A stretch of DNA of 62,941 nt, counting the filler, from Phoronis australis (Eukaryota; Animalia; Phoronida): assembly GCA_002633005.1 (NCBI GenBank). It is 9 parts of 9 records of this genome, joined end to end, with 100 filler letters (N's around TTAATTAATTAA, not from the genome) between each part and the next. Parts side by side here need not be neighbours in the genome. Positions count along the whole stretch, not along the records: positions 16,848 to 26,951 come from NMRA01000068.1; positions 27,052 to 36,241 come from NMRA01001014.1; positions 36,342 to 47,018 come from NMRA01001742.1; 6 more parts are not named here. One strand, written 5' to 3'. Each line of letters opens with the position of its first letter. Positions within the stretch are counted from its first letter, which is position 1. This document shows positions 26,696-39,746 of this stretch, one piece after another. Below the pieces are notes generated by a model, which was not told the DNA's origin, searched no databases, and was given only the letters and a program-made list of their open reading frames with translations. Position numbers and translations under genes: made by a program.

Positions 26696-26737
26696 AGCCT
26701 TCGTGAGGAAGCTTAGGAAAGCTTCCTCACGAAAGCT
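26696..26737. other. Hairpin with perfect 15-bp stem
   Basis: TTCGTGAGGAAGCTT (26700-26714), AGGA loop, AAGCTTCCTCACGAA (26719-26733); extends 3 bp beyond one mismatch. Confidence 0.85.
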
Positions 26738-27051
26738 GATTGGCTGTGGAACTCTGTAGATCAGTAGATCAAAAAGAAGAAGAGGTGTCACAAACGTTTG
26801 TGCAGAAAACAGCTGCATATCCTGGTAGCCTACACAGTATACTGCTGAGTGCTGTAGACTAGAAGACCAAGTGTCAGACCAAAAAATTGAAAGGACTTAG
26901 AACGGCATAGCAACGTTTCAAGACACCAACAGTAGTATTACAGCTGAAGTTNNNNNNNNNNNNNNNNNNNNNNNNNNNNNNNNNNNNNNNNNNNNTTAAT
27001 TAATTAANNNNNNNNNNNNNNNNNNNNNNNNNNNNNNNNNNNNNNNNNNNN

Positions 27052-30000
27052 CTGATTGGATGACCCTATTGCTTAGAAAAGTAAGTTTTAAAATTGTCAT
27101 GTTGACTTATACATGTGTGCTGAAATTTAAAAGAATTCCTTGAAAAACGTAAGAGATATAACATTTTGAACGTTACATGACCTTTGCACTAATTGACCTT
27201 ATCCGGTGCATTTTAAGCCTCTTCAGGAGAATTATTGCAAAGCACATGGAAAATGTGTTTAACGCTGAGAATCACAGTTGTCTAACTGTTGACACATCAG
27301 AATACTTGCTGATTGAAAAGGTCAAATTTTCAGAAGAAAAATGCACATAATGACCCCATGTTTGCACTAAATGACCTGAGACTTTGGATTCCGATTTGAT
27401 TTACCTGTGGCAATTAGACCTGTCAATTTGAAGTGTCTAGCTCAAAATTTTAGTTTGTACCTAATGACCTTTGACCTATTTCACCTGATTGGATGACCCG
27501 ATTACCCAGAAAAGTAATTTTTTAAATTGTCATGTTGACTTATACCTGTGCACCGAATTTGAAAAAGATAGCTTTAAAACTGAAGGAGGAGTAGCATTTT
27601 GAAAATTACATGACGTTTGCACCAAACGACCTCTTCCGGTGCAATATGGAATATGATTATATAACCAATCAAAATTTATATACTGTCGAAATTTATATGC
27701 TGAATTTAAAGACCGTACCTGCACCCAGTTTGGAGTTATTAAGCCTCAAAGTTGGTCGGAAGAAGAATAAGAAGAATAAATAAGAATAAAATTGAAGAAA
27801 ACCCAGGAACAACAGTACTCTGCGCTTACACGCGCAGAGTAATAAGAAGAATAAGAACTAGAAAGATTATTGTCACGGCGTGACTATAATGGACTCTGCG
27901 CGTGCGTATTAAAGGAATTGTTATGGGAAGTTACTGACAGCAACCCCGTTTACCAATATGAAAAGAAATTCTTTAAAATTGTAGGAGTAATTACATATTA
28001 ATGTTTTGATGACCTTTCCACCAACTGACCTCTTCCTGTGCATTATGAACCCCAGTGAGGGAATAATTGTAGAACCAATTTAAAGTATAGTTGATGTTAA
28101 GAATCACAGATGTTTTGCTTTAAGCACTTAAGAATACAACATGAATGAAGTGGTCAAACTTTCAGAAGAAAAATACACCTAATGACCCCATGGGTGCATC
28201 AAATGACCTGAAAATTTAGAATTCAAACTCGATCGCACTAAGTAAACAGATACGTAATTCTGAAGTCTCTAGCTCAAAATTTTAGTTTGCACTCAATGAC
28301 CTTTGACCTATTTTTTTCTGATTGGTTAGGCCTCTTGTGAAGTAAAGTAGCGTTTTCAATTGGCATGTTGACTTACCCCAGTGTGCTGAAATTGAAAGTC
28401 TCTAGCTCAAAATTTTAGTTTGCACTCAGTGACCTTTGACCTATTTTTCTGATTGGTTAGGCTTATTGCGAAGTAAAGTAGGGTATTCACTTCGCATGTT
28501 GACTTACAACAGTGTGCTGAAATTGAAAAGAATTCCTTGAAAAACGTAAGAGATATAACATTTTGAACGTTACATGACCTTTGCACTAATTGACCTTACC
28601 CGGTGCATTTTAAGCATCTTTATGAGAATTATTGCAAAGCTCATGGAAAATGTGTTTAATGCTGAGAATCACAGTTGTCTAACGGTTGACACATCACAAT
28701 ACTTGCTGATTGAAAAGGTCAAATTTTCAGAAGAAAAATGCACCTAATGACCCCATGTTTGCACTAAATGACCTGAAACTTTGGATTCCGATTTTATTTA
28801 CCTGTGGCAATCAGACCTGTCAATTTAAACTGTCTAGCTCAAAATTTTAGTTTCCACCTAATGACCTTTGACCTATTTCACCTGATTGGATGACCCGATT
28901 ACTTAGAAAAGTAATTTTTTAAATTGACATGTTGACTTATACCTGTACACCGAATTTGAAAAAGATAGCTTTAAAACTGAAGGAGGAGTAGCATTTTGAA
29001 AATTATATGACCTTTGCACCAAACGACCTCTTCCGGTGCAATATGGAATATGATTATATAAGCAATCAAAATTTATATACTGTCAAAATTCATATGCTGA
29101 ATTAAAAGACAGTACCTGCACCCAATTTGGAGTTATTAAGCCTCAAAGTTGGTCGGAAGAAGAATAAGAAGAAGAACTAGAAAGATTATTGTCACGGCGT
29201 GACAATAACGGACTCAGCGCGTGCGTATTACTGGAAATATTATGGGAAGTTACTGGCCGCAACCCGTTTACCAATATGAAAAGGAATTCTCTAAAATTGT
29301 AGGATAAATTACATATTAATCTTTTGATGACCTTTCCACTAATTGACCTCTTCCTGTGCATTATGAGCCCCGATGAGGGAGTAATTGTTAACTCGATTAA
29401 AAGTGTGGTTAATGCTACTAATCACAGATGTTTTAGTTTAAGCACTTCAGAATACAAGATGAATGAAGTCGTCAAACTTTCAGAAGAAAAATGCACCTAA
29501 TGACCCCATGGGTGCACTAAATGACCTGAAAATTTAGAATTCAAACTCAATCGCTCTTAGTAAGCAGATACGTAATTCTGAAGTCTCTAGCTCAAAATTT
29601 TAGCTTGCACTCATTGACCTTTGACCTATTTTTCTGATTGGTTAGGCTTATTGCGAAGTAAAGTAGGGTAGTCACTTGGCATGTTGATTTACACCAGTGT
29701 GCTGAAATTGAAAAGAATTCATTGAAAAACGTAGGAGATATAACATTTTGAACGTTACATGACCTTTGCACTAATTGACCTCATCCGGTACATTTTAAGC
29801 ATCTTTAGGAGAATTATTGCAAAGCTCATGGAAAATGTGTTTAACGCTGAGAATCACAGTTGTCTAACAGTTGACATATCAGAATACTTGCTGATTGAAA
29901 AGATCAAATTTTCAGAAGAAAAATGCACCTAATGACCCCATGGGTGCACTAAATGACCTGAAAATTTAGAATTCAAACTCAATCGCTCTTAGTAAGCAGA

Positions 30001-31016
30001 TACGTAATTCTGAAGTCTCTAGCTCAAAATTTTAGTTTGCACTCATTGACATTTGACCTATTTTTTCTGATTGGTTAGGCCTATTGCAAAGTAAAGTAGG
30101 GTATTTAATTGGCATGTTGACTTACAGCAGTGTGCTGAAATTGAAAAGAATTCCTTGAAAAACGTAAGAGATGTAACATTTTGAGCGTAACACGACCTTT
30201 GCACTAATTGACCTTCTCCGGTGCATTTTGAGCATCTTGAGGAGATTTAATGCAAAGCCCATGGAAAATGTGTTTAACACTGAGAATCACAGTTGTCTAA
30301 CGGTTGACACATCAGAATACTTGCTGATTGAAAAGGTCAAACTTTCAGAAAAAAATGCACCTAACGACCCCATGTTTGCACTAAATGACGTGAAACTTTG
30401 CATTCCGATTTGATTTACCTCTGGCAATCAGATCTGTCAATTTGATGTGTCTAGCTCAAAATTTTAGTTTGCACCTAATGACCTTTGACCTATTTCACCT
30501 GATTGGATGACCCGATTACTTAGAAAAGTAATTTTTAAAATTGTCATGTTGACTTATACCTGTGCACCGAATTTGAAAAAGATAGCTTTAAAACTGAAGG
30601 AGGAGTAGCATTTTGAAAATTATATGACTTTTGCACCAAACGACCTCTTCCGGTGCAATATGGAATATGATTATATAACCAATCAAAATTTATATGCTGT
30701 CAAAAGTCATATGCTGAATTTAAAGACCGTACCTGAACCCAATTTGGAGTTATTAAGCCTCAAAGTTGGTCGGAAGAAGAATAGGAAGAATAACAAGAAT
30801 AAGAAGAATAAGAAGAATAAATAAGAATAAAATTGAAGAAAACCCAGGAACAACAGTACTCTGCGCTTACACGCGCAGAGTAATAAGAAGAATAAGAATA
30901 AGAATAAAATTGAAGAAAACCCAGGAACAACAGTACTCTGCGCTTACACGCGCAGAGTAAAAATTGAAGAAAACCCAGGAACAACAGTACTCTGCGCTTA
31001 CACGCGCAGAGTAATA
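27052..31016 (+). mobile_element. Cluster of Helentron-associated (HINE/pearl-like) non-autonomous elements
   Basis: 5' ends AACTAGAAAG at 27856 and 29175 with TTATTGTCACG-G-CGTGAC hairpin and subTIR ACTCTGCGCGTG; TGACCTTTGACCTA core repeats; (AAGAAT)n; 3' palindrome TACTCTGCGC-TTACAC-GCGCAGAGTA at 27816, 30857, 30934 and 30988. Confidence 0.8.
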
Positions 31017-32255
31017 AAGACACACAACGAGAGCAAAGCGGGAACCTGTCAAACTTCCAAGAAAATATAATATACTGAACAAGTGATGAACTTTTTATTA
31101 GAATGAGATTGGTGGCTCTTTGACATAAATGCCTTTATTGTGCAAATGAGCATTTGTTCTCATGTTTTTAAACTTAAAAAGAGCCTCCATAGCCAACGGT
31201 AGGGTCTAGTTCATGACACCTAACCACAGATCGGTCTCTACCTTCTTTTAAAACGTTTGTTTGTCCCTTTCCGTGTCAGTGTCTGTTTCCAAAACGATCA
31301 AGATCTAGAGAGACCACGTGGTGCCGTGGGTGCCGTCATGGTTTCGTAGCACACTTCAAGAATTTCCTGCAGACCGACGTCGCGAGCGGCTTGAGCTTCT
31401 TGACCAGCCAATGTGACTCTTCAAAAATGAAGATAATTTTGTTTTATTCATTACATTGGATATACTGCATCGGCGTCTCGTCCAACACTAGAAACAAAGA
31501 GCACGTTAACGGCAAATACAATAGGCAGGAGAAACCGGTAGTGTCCTACATGCACCTATTTGAATGTCAACATGCGGGCAACCCCGATTGAAGTAAAGCA
31601 GTGGCATTACTCTACCTCCCACAGACGTTTTTTTAAAAGCATGGTGTGGCGATTGTCGACTCATAAACATCCTGTGACACCGCAGATAACTTGGTGACGT
31701 GTAAACGATATGACAGAAAACAACATCTGTCACTTCCATGCACCAGAATTGAAAGCACGGGTCTACTGTAACATACATGTATGGTTTCTGGTGTGAAGAA
31801 TGACAAATAGAACAATAAAAGATTGGAAACAAGCCTTAGAATGCACATAAATAGCCAGGTTTTGCGTCAAAGTTTCTCGAGGCACGTGCCATCCGATCAC
31901 CCCCAAGTCAAAACCACCTCATGAAACGCAAATTATAAATCAGCTTACACGTACACAATTTTTGTGATGTCACCGGATGTTTAGGGACGGAAAATGACAG
32001 TGGTGCCGTAGATGAAATCCCCGATCTCTGATCGTCGAAAAACTTAATAACAGCGAGCCCTGTGCTCAGCTTCATGAAACAGTCCCAAATAGGGACTCGG
32101 CAACGTTCCTTAGTTCTTCTACGCATTTGTATCATTTATTGACTTAAAACTCGCGTGTCCTTCACTTATTATATCTTATAGCCAGCCAGCTAGCTGTATG
32201 AATACTATAAATCGTGAAAATATAGCTAGGTAACACTGTGTGTTTTTCTTCCGTA

Positions 32256-33550
32256 GACCCCGAAATTGCACACAGCCAGGGTAATTCTGATCTTCACCTC
32301 GCCGTAAAACTTCTATCAACATGTAAAGCTAAAGATCGGACGGGGTGCATGCAAAATCTGGGAATCAACCGACACTCACATTGTCCGTTACAGCCGTTAA
32401 AGTGAAAAACAATGTAATGAACGTCATTTTCTTACGTAACTCTCTGCTTTTTCTAACAATGAAAAGTATGTCGTCGTTTTGAAAACAGTACGCTCGTGTC
32501 ACGCGCACACGCCATTTCTTCTAAATTTTTCCCACAACTTCGCAGTAGCAAAATTTGTTCTGAAATTCGGTTTTTCGATATCAAAATTCTAAAAACTTAT
32601 AATGAAGTGAAACCAGTTTTGATAATTTGTGTCACGTGTACGCAACCTCGTGAAAGAACAGCAGTTGATTGAAGAATCGGCTAAAAAGAAACTGGCCAAT
32701 AGGTGACGCAATATTTCAGGGCGCCGAAAAGCCGTCGCTAAAGATCGCTCCAAAACTTTAGCAGTATAACGGTAGAACGCCATTTTTTCCAACACCGTTA
32801 AATAATTTAGTTTACTCAAGGAAGACTGTAGTTTTTAGTGACACTAATTTTTGTCAGATTTTATCTTACCACTTTTTTACCCACTTCGGCACAGAGCTGT
32901 ATATTTAGTATACAGCATTGCGCCAAGGCTACCATGGACCCCGAAATTGCACACAGCCAGGGTAGCTCTGCTCGTGACCTCACCGTGAACCTTGTATCAA
33001 CATGTAGAGCTAAAGACCTGACGGGGTGCATGCAAAATCTGGAAATCAAACGACGCTCACCTTGTCCGTTACAGCCGTTTAAGTGGAAAAAATCTAATAA
33101 ACATCATCTTCTTGCGTACATGTAATCCTCCGCCTTTTCTAACAAAGAAAACTCATGTCATTGTTGTCATTGTTTTGAAAACAGTACGCTCGTGACACGC
33201 GCACGCGCCATTTTCTAAATGTTTGCAACATCTCTCGTCAGATGATGATGGCTTGGCAGTATCAAAATTTCTTCTGAAATTCGGTTTTTCGGTATCAAAA
33301 TTATCAAAACTTATAATGAAGTGAAACCAGTTCCGATAATTTGTTGCGACGTGTACGCAACCTCGTGAAAGAACAAGAAGAATCGACGAAAAAAGAAACT
33401 GGCCAATAGGTGACGAAATATTTCATGGCGCCGAAAGCCGACGCAAAAGATCGCTCCACAACTTTAACCGGCAGCAGAATAACGGTAGAACGTTGCATGA
33501 AATCTCTATTGATTTTCAATAATATAGGGAATTCAACTTACAGTTTACTC
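32256..33550. repeat. Diverged tandem duplication, about 680-bp unit x2
   Basis: GACCCCGAAATTGCACACAGCCAGGGTA at 32256 and 32937; ORFs 32589 and 33304 are paralogous. Confidence 0.85.
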
Positions 33551-33867
33551 CCAGCTTGTGTCAAAAATGAAATTCTTTAGAAACGACAACCAACATTTTT
33601 ATAAGTCTATAATTCGGAAAAACATTAAAGTGTACACAACATGACTCTAGTACCTCAAAATAAATTTTATTATTATATCTTACTTGATTTCAGTGCCTTT
33701 AGTGCACAGCTCATACAGAAACACGCAAAAATTGAAAAAAATAATAATTATGTACAACGTCATGGGTTGAACCCTAGTCGTTCGCCATACTTTTCGGATC
33801 AGAGACAATTAAAAGTGAAGTGAAAGCAAAGTACATTTAGCGTCGAGAAGGTTCGTAGAGGGATCTA

Positions 33868-34101
33868 AAGATGTGTTTCCGGAGGCTGCAGCAACAGCAG
33901 CCAGGCGGAGAACGTCTCGGTGTTCCGAAGGACACCAAAGTTGCGCAGAAGTGGCATCGCTTCGTGCGCCTAACGAGAGTGTGGGACCTCATCGTGGACC
34001 AAGCGATTCTGTTCGGGGCCACTCTGTGTTCTGCCCACTTTGAGGACTCGTGTTTCGACTCCAGTCACAGAAGATGTTACGATGAAGGCCTGGTTCAATA
34101 A
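33868..34101 (+). pseudogene. Frameshifted THAP domain (transposase N-terminus)
   Basis: RCVSGGCSNSSQAENVSVF, frameshift, PKDTKVAQKWHRFVRLTR...LCSAHFEDSCF. Confidence 0.75.
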
Positions 34102-34114
34102 AGGACAATATTTA

Positions 34115-34384
34115 TCATTCAGAAACATCGGCTCTTAATTCAGGATCGTCTGTTGGATCACTGTGTTGACTCGCCGAGCCCGAGGCCGCTTCTTTCGCAG
34201 GAGGATCCAGTTCGTAAGGCTCAAAGAGAGAAAAGTACGCAGCCGGAAACACATCAAAATTGTTCTCGCTTTCGTGCAACCCCATTTCCTCATCCTGGCC
34301 ACCATTCCCGTCCGTTTCTTCATAGTATTCATTCAATTCTTGCTCATAATCGTCGTCGCTTTCAAATTCAATGCTCTCCGCCAT
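34115..34384 (-). pseudogene. Truncated acidic N-terminus of a KolX / P2X7-ballast-like accessory protein
   Basis: ATG start, highly acidic, EPYELDPP (PYxFEP-like), then RADVSE* where W-C-x-C would be expected (TGA for TGG is an inference). Confidence 0.5.
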
Positions 34385-36341
34385 TGTCCAATGCTAGTCA
34401 CTGATCATTGGGTTCAACCCATGACGTCACATGACGGGAAATTTGAAAATTGGCAAAATTGAATGAAAAATCAAAATTTCGAGCTAATTGCACAAAATAA
34501 ACATGGGTTTAGCTAAATTCTACGTCATACATTTAGTCTGTGGCCACCGGTAATTCAAAATGTGCAAAAATCCATGGTGTGTACTGTTTAAGGAACAATG
34601 CTGCGTGCAACCAGCCACCGGTCATTATCAAAAATTCAATCTTTCTATACTAATCACAAATTATAGCATAGCAGACGCCTTAAAAGTTCTAATTGAACAC
34701 TATCATTGGCTATTAGTGAAATACTTACTCTGCAGTAAGGAGAGCAGCGAACGCCATCATTAAGACGATGAAGATTGCGGACTTGGACATAGTTGACCTG
34801 CAGTAGAGTGAAGCAGTTTTAAAATTAGTGGAACGTATGCTTTGATCAAAAGCAAGTATTAGCAAAATAATGAAAACATATGCTGCTCTTCATACAATCG
34901 AACATTTTTACAAATTCCCGTTCTGTAGATGCATTTCATTTGTGAAACCCAAGATCACGAAGTCTTCGAGTGACATCCCTGCATGTGATCACGCTGCCTC
35001 TACTCCAGAGATTTTTACGTCTACGGTGCTCAAGTCATGTTTCGTTGACTTCCAAAGAGTAGTGCAAAATCTTTTCAAAGACCAATTTTTGACTTAATGA
35101 TCAAGGATATCACAGACAGGTGTCCGATTTTAGAGGCAAAGGAGAAGAAGTTTACGAACTTTAATCTTTTTAATTGGTATGCCCGCAGCAGTTTTCTATT
35201 CTTTTCGGTGTAAACCCACCAACCAAGTATTCAAACATTATACATGTACCATGCTTTGAAATCAATGATATTCACATCAACTTGCTTCAGGCCGGGGTTT
35301 GGAAGTTGTGCGATGTACTTCACAAACCAATTAGTTTCTTACGACTATATTTTGGTTATAACTGTTTAGCGTTATTTGATGTTTAGTCCTGTTTGCTGCA
35401 CGGGCGGACGGTGGAGTTGTAAAAAAAAATTGTTCGTTTTTCTGCGCAGTATCTTGATATTTAAGATCAAAGGTCTAGTCACTTCACTATTTTGTTACTG
35501 TTGATAATTGGTGTAAATAACGGTTCTTGTAAAAACTGTCGTTAACAGCACATAATGTATTTCGTAGTCATTTAATGTTTTTGTTCGTTTTCGGTTTACT
35601 GTCAGTGTATATGGAACTGAAATAAAGCATACTGTAGAATCACCTGCCTTTCCCTCATTAGCCGACACTGCGCCAGAACACACGCGAGTGTCAAATCCCA
35701 GCAGAAAGTGTATTGTTTTTGTCACCTTTTGACCGGAGACCTTTTCTTCACAAGCAAAAAGAACTTTTCATGGAAGTTTTAAGCCCCCATTTTCGAGAGT
35801 CCTTTTTCGGCTAAAAGTCCTTTGTAGAAGTAATCGCAGTGAGAACACAGTGAGAACATAGACTATAGTACATGGAACGCCAACTCCGTAGGTATTAAAT
35901 GGACAAAACCTGTGCTTTTACGCACAAGCCGTTACATCATGATTCACGATCGACACCTGGGCCCGGTCTCCAATCTCCGTACTCAGACTCGAATCATACT
36001 CAAACTCACACTTCATACTCAACTCGAGTACAGACTCAGCTTTGGTGTATTCAATGTCATACTCGAAAAATCTGTACTCGAAATTTCGAGCACATACTCA
36101 GTTTTCGAGTGTACTCGAACTGAAGTGTATCTAATCTATATTTCGAGTACGATTTTGAGTAAAAATTCTGAGTCTATGCTCAAATTTCAAGTTTGGTATG
36201 GCAGTGTGCTTGAAATCGTACTCGAAACTAAATACGAGCCANNNNNNNNNNNNNNNNNNNNNNNNNNNNNNNNNNNNNNNNNNNNTTAATTAATTAANNN
36301 NNNNNNNNNNNNNNNNNNNNNNNNNNNNNNNNNNNNNNNNN

Positions 36342-36439
36342 ACCCGGCACCGCTGGGGGCCTGATGATGCACCCAACCTCGCCGGGCACGCCCCTTTCGC
36401 CTGCGGCTATGGGTCTGGGGCTGGACGCGAGCCAGTCGT
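36342..36439 (+). CDS. SMAD4: Smad4 linker exon, 5' part lost in spacer
   Basis: PGTAGGLMMHPTSPGTPLSPAAMGLGLDASQS; donor T|GTGAGT, phase 1 compatible with next exon. Confidence 0.6.
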
Positions 36440-38085
36440 GTGAGTGCACGATTGTGATGTCGCTTTCAGTGTTCAGTGCTTGTGAACTGTTTATTTTCAT
36501 GGCCATCACTGACATTTCTACTGTAGAACTATGCTGGACAGTGTATTTTATGCTTTTGTGTTAAGGTAATAGGCTGCCTTCCTTGTCAAGATTAAAATTG
36601 AATTTTAAAGCAGGCCCATGGTCTATTTTCTTGATAATGGCAGGTCATATATGCACTAGAGCGATGCGCAGATTTTTGTAATCGCGTGGTTGTGTTTTTT
36701 CTCAAGAATTACGATTTTTCACAGAGATCACCATATTTTCTACAAGCAAGATTTTTTCACCCGAAACCTTCAAATGCTGTTTCTTTATTCTATTAGGTAC
36801 AAAAGCAGGTCTGTGGTTTTCTTTTGGGATCTTTTAGCCCAAGAGCTCGGCTGTCAAAAATCAAGACTTCTGTTTTTTTTTTTTTCAAGGAATGTTGACG
36901 TCTTCATTTTTCAATGCAGCCTACTGCCTTAACTGTGTTACTTTCCACTTGGAGCACCAGAGGGAGCTCAAGTCTAACACTTAAATGCTTTTAGGTGTTG
37001 CTTATGCATTTGCAGGACTGTGACTTACTTCAGACCCTGTTGCTTAGCTTACTGTGTGTTCAGTTTTAACTTCATTTCTAGCCCAGGCCTTGTACTAATA
37101 TTTGCCTCGTAGCTACAGCTAACTGTTTGTATAGAGGCGTGTTTGATGTTTATTAGTTTGTTTTCATAGACAGATAACTGTTATTACTTGCCATGTGTCT
37201 GTGCCACCACCTCGTTTCTTTTGCGAAGTCGAATTCAATAGAAATATGTTTTGCTCATCACAGCATACTTGTATATGTTGTGTAGCTTATGTTTTGTACA
37301 GCTTCTCATGAACAGCACTGAATGTTTTGTCTGTCATGTACCAGTAAGTGACAATGACGTGATGTTCTTATCCAGTTTCTAAGTAGCAAAAAGCTATTTG
37401 TATCGTCTACGGTCATGTCATTGATATTAGATGATAAAGACTCAATTGTCAAATATGACTACGTAAGGTTTTTTGACTATGGAATATTTGAAAAATTTGA
37501 GGCCAGAGTCCTTAAACATAAGAATCTCGTGAGTATTGCATGGCGATATCTCACTAAGTCTGTCTTGGATGTGTGGAACACAGGCCGGGTCTCTGATAGT
37601 TGGGAAAAGTTACTAAAGAACTGTTTTCTATTTTTGGTTTATAGCCCATAATTTTCCTTTGTTTCAAGGTCATAGACCCGTTCCATGTTTAGGGAAAAGT
37701 TGATATCCTCAATTCAGAAATTTTTTGTACAAGTAGTAGTGGAAATAAATGGGGGGACTTCATCCTTATACTGCGTAGTTCTGTAAGTGAAATTTGTCAC
37801 CGACTGGGCATTTTACTGTTTCAAGATTCATATATTTGTTCAAAAGAGATTGATCATGGACGTTGAAAGGTCAGCGTTTATATTTCAGCTGCACAAGAAT
37901 TGTTATTTTCACATTGTATTCTGGAAGTTGTAGTTACATGTTAGTTTGACATTTTTTGAAGTAATATAACTAATTTAACTCCTTGCCATTTCGACTACAC
38001 TTAAGTTTGCTGCGTCCTACTTTGTACTACCCTTAAACTAGCATTCATATTCTACATTTCTCACGACCTTTGTTGCCTGTTTCAG

Positions 38086-38178
38086 CATACAGTCATCCCC
38101 TGACATCACCTCATGACAGCTTTGTACAGTCACCACGCACACCCACATCAGCTATCAGCCAACAGTTTCCCAGAGCAG
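38086..38178 (+). CDS. SMAD4: Smad4 linker exon (93 nt)
   Basis: TTTCAG| ... G|GTAAAG; YSHPLTSPHDSFVQSPRTPTSAISQQFPRA; phase 1-1. Confidence 0.7.
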
Positions 38179-38493
38179 GTAAAGTAAGCCAAGGTAAATT
38201 GGACACGTTAAGGTAACGCAATTGGTATTGATTTCCTTTCTTTAGTTTTTAGTTTTTGCACTGTGCAATCAAAATTTGAATCTTGGGACTCTGTAAAGAT
38301 TCTACTCATATTCAAATTTCAAATGGAAAGACTTCAGTCGTGGAATATTGATTAGTCTATTTTCCTACGGATACATTCCTTATGGATCTGGATTAAGTTG
38401 CGGATTCGTAAGTTATACTCTTCTACAAGAGATAGAAATTCTTTCCCCGAGCAGGCTATGGTATGATGTGAAGCTCAATGCGATTTCTTACAG

Positions 38494-38565
38494 CTGCTAA
38501 TACTACAACGTGGTCAGGAAACAACACCGCCACCTATCAGCAGACTATGTATGATAATCCGAACT
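38494..38565 (+). CDS. SMAD4: Smad4 linker exon (72 nt)
   Basis: TTACAG| ... T|GTAAGT; ANTTTWSGNNTATY resembles vertebrate SMAD4 TTTWTGSRTAPY. Confidence 0.85.
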
Positions 38566-39186
38566 GTAAGTTGCCATCTTCGTTGTGTGTCTGTGAATGA
38601 AAGGCGTTTAAGACTTGTGCGATAATTTTCTGTAGGCTTTAGGCAATTTGTTCAGCTTATAGTGCTTGCTCTTGGCCTACGAAATTTTAATTTGGGTCGA
38701 GTGGAAGTCACTTGTGTACAGACTACTAAAGCATTGTGTCGAATGCTTTTCATTGACTTGATAGACTTCCTTGTACAAGGTTAGCGAAGTTTGGGGTTTA
38801 TTTAGCATTAATTGTAAAGGTATTTAGATATTTTCAAAAGAGAGCAGGCAATCCAAGGGGGACTAGATGTCCATTCCTTGCTTAGTGACATTATTGCAAC
38901 TTGTTCATTATAACTGATCTGTGACTACAGAAATTACCTGAATCTATCTGTCATTGTCGATGTGTGATATTTGTCATCTCTTCACCTCTTCATCCTGATA
39001 GTAGTTATGTGTCTTGGCTGATGTTAACTGTCACCTGTTACTTTTGGTCTTTCTATTTGTATTGGGAAGGGTTTGCCCCCAAATTTAAGATTCAGGTCCG
39101 TTGTCATAAACAGTCTATCATTACACTATGTTATAGGCAGAGGGTTGCTTCGATAAATCCGACTAATCGATTGTCGTTCATTTCAG

Positions 39187-39249
39187 GGAACCATACAAGC
39201 AGTCAGATACCTAGTGACTCGACTGTGCAGCCCCTTTCAACTCAGCCAG
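39187..39249 (+). CDS. SMAD4: Smad4 pre-MH2 exon (63 nt)
   Basis: TTTCAG| ... G|GTAAGG; (W)NHTSSQIPSDSTVQPLSTQP(A) splices in frame to PEFW. Confidence 0.85.
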
Positions 39250-39475
39250 GTAAGGCCAGAATGCACCCCCCCCCCCAATAGTAGTCACTTCTCACAGACT
39301 TTGCCCCAATATGCACCTTATTAAAGCAATTTCGGTTTTGAAAACGATTATAAACCTGTGTTCTGCCAAAGAAACTAAATTTTGATTCAGATAACTTACT
39401 GTTAGAAAATTGGTTATAAGTTGCTCCTTGCATATAGAACTGTCAGTTTGCTATTGCTAGACACCATGCTCGATG

Positions 39476-39746
39476 AATAAAATGACAGTCAGTGACTGGT
39501 CAACTTGCCTCGTATCAATCAATAAAATGACAGTCAGTGACTGGTTAACTTGCCTCGTATCAAGCAATAACATGACAGTCAATGACTGGTCAACTTGCCT
39601 CGTATCAATCAATAACATGACGGTCAGTGACTGGTCAACTTGCCTCGTATCAGTAAATAACATGACAGTCATTGACTGTTTAACTTGCCTCGTATCAAGT
39701 AATAACATGACAGTCAGTGACTGGTCAACTTGCCTTGTATCAAGCA
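39476..39746. repeat. 45-bp minisatellite x6 in a Smad4 intron
   Basis: Unit AATAAAATGACAGTCAGTGACTGGTCAACTTGCCTCGTATCAATC. Confidence 0.9.

Larger units (their letters stand above)
33625..34591. mobile_element. Internally deleted Kolobok-like DNA transposon
   Basis: TTAA at both ends; imperfect TIR AGTGTACACAACATG / CATGGTGTGTACTGT; perfect 18-bp inner inverted repeat at 33757-33774 and 34410-34427; convergent THAP and acidic ORF stubs. Confidence 0.75.

Noticed and set aside
31535-31600. CPTCTYLN, half of a RanBP2-type zinc finger
   Set aside because: Preceded by an in-frame stop and lacks the second CxxC; too short to support.
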